Source of the DNA: Nemertoderma westbladi
Lineage: Eukaryota; Animalia; Xenacoelomorpha
NCBI GenBank assembly: GCA_032718475.1
Contig: JAUCBJ010000613.1
Location: 1-39,084, forward strand
Direction: 5' to 3'
Length of the DNA: 39,084 nucleotides
A program made the translations under genes and the position numbers. Below, piece by piece: positions 34,540 through 39,084 of this stretch (positions are counted from its first letter, which is position 1; every line of letters starts with the position of its first letter). The notes below the pieces were generated by a model. That model did no database searches, was not told the origin of the DNA, and saw only the letters and a list, made by a program, of their open reading frames with translations.

Positions 34540-34669
34540 TTATGGGACAATTAATTAATAGTATATAATATTACAGTGACGGTGATAGTGTCGAGTATAA
34601 TAAAGTCAGCTTTCTGGTTAGTTGAGGGATGGAGTAGATATTCAATGTACCCTTGAGATCCCAATTTAG

Positions 34670-35035
34670 TTCCATCTTGGTGTATTGATTGCATTGAATT
34701 CACATCTCTCCGGAGGTTGTGCGTTCGATCCAGCATGCGGGCCAGGGGAGTTTAGCTTTCGGCACGATTGCTTTAAAGGGTCTAGTCAGGGCGCATATCT
34801 GCCTTGCATCCTTAAATGGTACCTAAATGAGTGCTCGAGTTTCCTCTGGGGAGTATAGGGCTGCCAATGGACCCTTGATAAAGACCGGCAGAGTGCACCC
34901 TAGATTAGATAACTTTAATTGAGTTCGCCCTTGATCCATGGTTGAGCATTGATATGCCCATTGATGAGTATCTTAGTAATAAAGTGTATGGCTGAAACCA
35001 GCGCGATCGTGATACAGTAATATTAAGTATAACAA
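34670..35035 (+). mobile_element. Possible tRNA-derived SINE
   Basis: B-box-like GTTCGATCC at ~34723 after a weak A-box-like TGGTGTATTG, an internal TAAATGGTACC motif like those in invertebrate SINE cores, and an AT-rich end. Confidence 0.35.
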
Positions 35036-35249
35036 CAGTTATTACTAAGGGGTCTGGCTGCTTGAATTAAAACGCTAAGGTTTTAGGAGTAAAACGTTAT
35101 CGTCCTGAAAATAAAAGAAAGTAAAACTAAGGAAGCACTTAACCAAAATCTTAAAAAGTCCTTGCTAAATGATCTGATAAATAAGTCCTAGAGTAGTATT
35201 AGGCCCGATCATCTATTAAACTCATTAAACAAATTTGTATCTATTTATA

Positions 35250-36728
35250 GCTCATCTATCCCATCATAGTAGACATGTACCGAACATCAAGAGTACCACA
35301 AGAAATGAAAACAAATAAGTTGGTGCCAGTTCCCAAGAAAGGCAACCTAACACTCTATGGTTCTTTTCGGGGAATCTCATTAATCTCAATTGCTGCAAAG
35401 CTATACAATAGGATTCTATTAAATCGCATCAGGGATCCCATTGAGAGACTGCTCCGTGGAAATCAGAATGGGTTCCGTAAAGGTTGTCGGACCATGGAGC
35501 CCATTTTGGCACTTAGAAGGATAATTGAAGAATTATCAAAAAAGAAAGACAGGCATCTGGCTGTTATCTTTGTTGACTTCTTCAAGGCCTTTGATTCAGT
35601 CTCTCGCTCACGTATGTTCAGCATACTTTCATTATATGGGATTCCTGATGAAATTATTGCAGCAATAAGATCAGTATATAATGGTTCGACAACATTTGTG
35701 TCTACTGTTGACGGTGACACAGAACCATTTGAAGTGTTATGGGGCGTCATCCAAGGAGACACACTTGCACCATTCTTGTTCATTATTGTGGTTGACTATG
35801 TTCTACGCATGTCCTTAGATCATCATAATGATGATGGGGTGATGATAACTCCACCTACTGGCTCCAGAAGTCGAGGAAATCCTGCCAAGTACCTAACTGA
35901 TCTAGACTTTGCTGATGACGTAGGAGTACTCTCATAATCATTAGAGGGAGCCCAACGGCTCCTCAGCTCATTAGAACATGCTGCTTCTAGTGTTGGTATT
36001 TTTATTAACTCCAGAAAGACCAAAATTTTGACAGTTAACTTTGAAAGTCCTCAGCAAGTCTCTGATCGGATGAGCATAAGCTCAAAGGATGGTATGCTTG
36101 AGCATGTGGACGACTTCTGTTACCTGGGATCATGGATTAGGAAGTCAGGTGAGGACCTTCGAATACGTAAGGGAAAGGCATGGGCAGCCTTGAATAGGCT
36201 TTCCAGGATTTGGAAGTCACCGAGAATTAATCGGAAACTTAAGGTCCGATTATTTAGAGCAGCAGTAGTTCCAGTACTCCTCTACGGGAGTCCATGCTGG
36301 GCTCTAACTGCTGAGGACACCAAATCTCTGGATGGCACATTCACAAGAATGCTACGCCGGGTTCATTGTGTCAAGTACAATGCACACATCTCCAACCAGA
36401 CACTATATAACATTGGAGGTGTCTCATTGGTTCCCCCAAGCTTGACACTAGAACAAAATCGCCTCCGCTTTGCAGGACATTGCTTTCGCCGTGAGGACCA
36501 GCCAGTGCATAATCTTGTACTTTGGCAGCCTCATGGAGTGAATAAGCATGGTGGACAACCCATGACTTTCTTGAGACGCATCTTAAAGGACACTGGCCTT
36601 GAAAATGCGGATGATCTAGCAAATGTCATGGGTGATAGGGAGTTGTGGCGGTGCAATTTTGTTGACAAGCCGGCACAGCATTCTTAAAAATGCAGCTGCA
36701 ATGCAGCATGCCGATCCTAGTAGTAGTA
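35250..36728 (+). mobile_element. 5'-truncated non-LTR retrotransposon (RTE-like LINE) with a (TAG)n tail and 13-bp TSD
   Basis: TSD GTATCTATTTATA at 35237-35249 and 36729-36741; TAG tail at ~36718-36729. Confidence 0.9.
35275..36687 (+). pseudogene. LINE reverse transcriptase with one in-frame stop (35935-35937)
   Basis: FRGISLIS, NQNGFRKG, FVDFFKAFDSV, GVIQGDTLAPFLF, LDFADD, FCYLGS, RLRFAGHCFR. ORFs 35275-35937 and 36028-36687 share a frame. Confidence 0.92.
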
Positions 36729-36731
36729 GTA

Positions 36732-37318
36732 TCTATTTATAAATCGTATATCACATCGCATTATTAACTGAATATTTCAAATTTTTTTAAAATCTCAAAA
36801 TGTAATATAAATCTATTACAATCAGCAGATTGTACGAATTAAATTGATTGATATATTGAAACTCCAAACCTAGCACCGATCCATATAATCTAAATAACAA
36901 TAAAACCCCAATTACGCACTGTACCTAAACTGGTGATGGGTTTATAATACTGAGAGCGAGTATTATGTAATAAAGAAACAAATAAATGAAACCTTACGGG
37001 TTCCTTTGATTGGTCCTCCTGGCCTGCTTCAGTACTCAAACTCAAATGCAGAAAAAAACGAAAAATGAACAAAACTAAAAACCTCAACCGCCTTTAGATG
37101 AATAATATTCATATTATTCATATTATATTATTCATATTGTGGAATGAGTGCGAGCAACAGGGATATAGCATTGCTTAATAAATTATGTTTAAGCATTTTA
37201 CCACAACGCAGATGCGATTGAGACCTCAATAATATTGATTAAATATTTAGCGCATTTTTTGTTATCCTTGGGAACACTTATGGTGCTACGTGCGTCGTGC
37301 ACGTGGTTATTAGACTAG
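36732..37318 (+). mobile_element. Possible non-autonomous Helitron
   Basis: 5' A|TCTATTTATA and 3' hairpin ACGTGC-GTCGT-GCACGT (37288-37304), followed 10 nt later by CTAG|T. Confidence 0.5.
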
Positions 37319-37485
37319 TAGGACCTTAAGGTAAACTAGCTGAAATAGGTAATCCAAACAAACATTTAAATTAATTTGGTATTGTTTGAAAGCTAATCAA
37401 AAATGTAATTTAATGATCATCAAACATTATCTTTGGTCAAAAAGGTGATGATTTTTTACCCCAAAATGGCGTAAAACAAATACAT

Positions 37486-37525
<40 letters not shown>

Positions 37526-37757
37526 AATTAACAAATGTACAGTAGTTTCAAATATGAATCGTCGCAGTACAATTTATAATATTTCAGTGTTTATTATTGA
37601 TTTAGTTAAGTAACCAAAATAGTATCTGGAATTTTAAATAAAAATAGTAATTTATAACTGTTCTGTCATCAAAGAAGTATAAGTACACAGCTGGAATTTT
37701 CGCTACGGCGGTTTTCGTAATTTGTGATGTAATTTCTAATATCAGTTTTATGTTGGG

Positions 37758-37794
37758 CAAAATCTAGACTGACAGACCGTCAGTCTAGATTTTG
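37758..37794. repeat. Perfect 16-bp-arm inverted repeat
   Basis: CAAAATCTAGACTGAC-AGACC-GTCAGTCTAGATTTTG. Confidence 0.9.
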
Positions 37795-38716
37795 GACAAA
37801 TAAATATAAATATATAAAAATAAATAAAAATGAATAAGTGTCCTGTCTTTCCGAATGTCCGTTTATCTGTTGTGTTTGTACGTTGTGTTTACATAGCTAA
37901 AATTGTGACTACGGGCGTTTTCTGGGTTGCTGATTTAATTTCCGATGTCATTTTGTATGTTTGGTGTAATCTTGGCTGTCTATATGGCTGTCTGTCTGTT
38001 GGTATGCCTGACAACATATAATAAAACACGACCCGGCTAAAATTTTCACTAGGGGGTTTTCGAAAGTAAACATGATGAGAAGCAATAACTTACATATTTC
38101 GGATTAGCCATTAAATTCTGCACTAAAATCGAACAAAAGGGATTATTGAATGTTTGGCCTATAAATGGAGACCCCCCCCCCCCCCCCCCCCCCCTCTAAA
38201 GTTTATACATTTTCGTTTGCATACAACTTGTTGGCTTTTATAGTTCACATCGCATATACTGTTAATTTTTAAGTTGGTTTTAGGTTGAACATGGAATATC
38301 GTTTATGCCGTAGACCGTAATATCTTAGGTATATATGAGGATTAGATATGTACTACATTTACTGTTACTTTATAATTAACTGGTAGGCTTAAACTGTTGA
38401 GACCTTTGCCAACACATGCATTGCCAAATGACATCACAATAGTACTTCTCTTTAAGTTCCTTGTATCTGTATAAAGTGCAGTGGAATAGTAATATATGGG
38501 ACTTTTTGTTCAATATTATTAAACTCTATACGTAATGAACTCGAATTACATAAAAATTAAATTTATTTAGTAGGTAGATATTATTTAATTAGAATTTACT
38601 GAAATCGAAACCAATCGCATGTAATAATAATTGCACTGTTCAGCCGTAAGGAGATATTTGTCTTTCTTTCGTAATAACATAATGTATTAATTAGTTGTCT
38701 TTAATAATACTGTATC

Positions 38717-39084
38717 ATGATATTCGTTTACTGTTTGTTGAGTTTTTGTGGCGCTTTACGAATTTGTTGCGCACTCAAGGATTACGAAGTAAAGACATCC
38801 GATTGTATAGTGGAGGGCAATACGTTGTCGATAGATGTAACTTATTACACTGAAGTAAATGGTTCGACCCCCGAAGAGATTTCAATTAGTTTCATTTCTG
38901 AATCAAATACTTCCGGTAATGGAACTTGGATATATCACCAGCTCGATTCTCCATTCTTTCACACTGAAAGTGGGTACCAATCTAGTTTTACTAAAGTCAC
39001 AATAGATAATACTGTTGCTCGTAAACGTACATTATCGTTTATCTTAACCGCCATAGAGCCATCACCGAGGAATGTTACTGATGC
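38717..39084 (+). CDS. 5' part of a probable secreted or cell-surface glycoprotein, possibly Ig-like (runs off the right edge)
   Basis: Open for 122 codons to the window end: MIFVYCLLSFCGALRICCALKDYEVKTSDCIVEGNTLSIDVTYY...WIYH...RTLSFILTAIEPSPRNVTDA. Signal-peptide-like start, four N-glycosylation sequons, beta-rich. Absent from the ORF track because it has no stop in the window. Confidence 0.6.
   Translation, partial: MIFVYCLLSFCGALRICCALKDYEVKTSDCIVEGNTLSIDVTYYTEVNGSTPEEISISFISESNTSGNGTWIYHQLDSPFFHTESGYQSSFTKVTIDNTVARKRTLSFILTAIEPSPRNVTD

Overview
AT-rich eukaryotic DNA, most likely from an invertebrate animal, and dominated by transposable elements. The core is two diverged copies of one BEL/Pao-type LTR element lying head-to-head. 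Copy A is on the minus strand from 13161 to beyond the left edge, and its 5' LTR is split by a ~5.1 kb nested insertion. Copy B is complete on the plus strand at 14880-27996, with ~1.21 kb near-identical TG...CA LTRs and a GTGCT target-site duplication. Both copies encode Gag-protease fused to the last piece of RNase H, with no RT at the usual place. Complete copy B also has no integrase. The strongest observation concerns priming. Neither copy has a tRNA-type primer-binding site. Instead, the 11 nt abutting the 5' LTR are exactly complementary to an 11-nt segment inside the element's own LTR, and both halves co-vary between the copies. This suggests Tf1-like self-primed reverse transcription in a BEL/Pao lineage. 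Copy B sits antisense in a 15.3 kb intron of an SLC18B1-like MFS gene and carries a decayed extra ORF in the env position. Other content includes an intronless deoxyhypusine synthase gene, a 5'-truncated RTE-type LINE, Helentron/Helitron-like and MITE-like elements with internal satellites, a Penelope-like relic, and the start of a probable secreted or surface protein at the right edge. All family assignments are by eye, without database searches.
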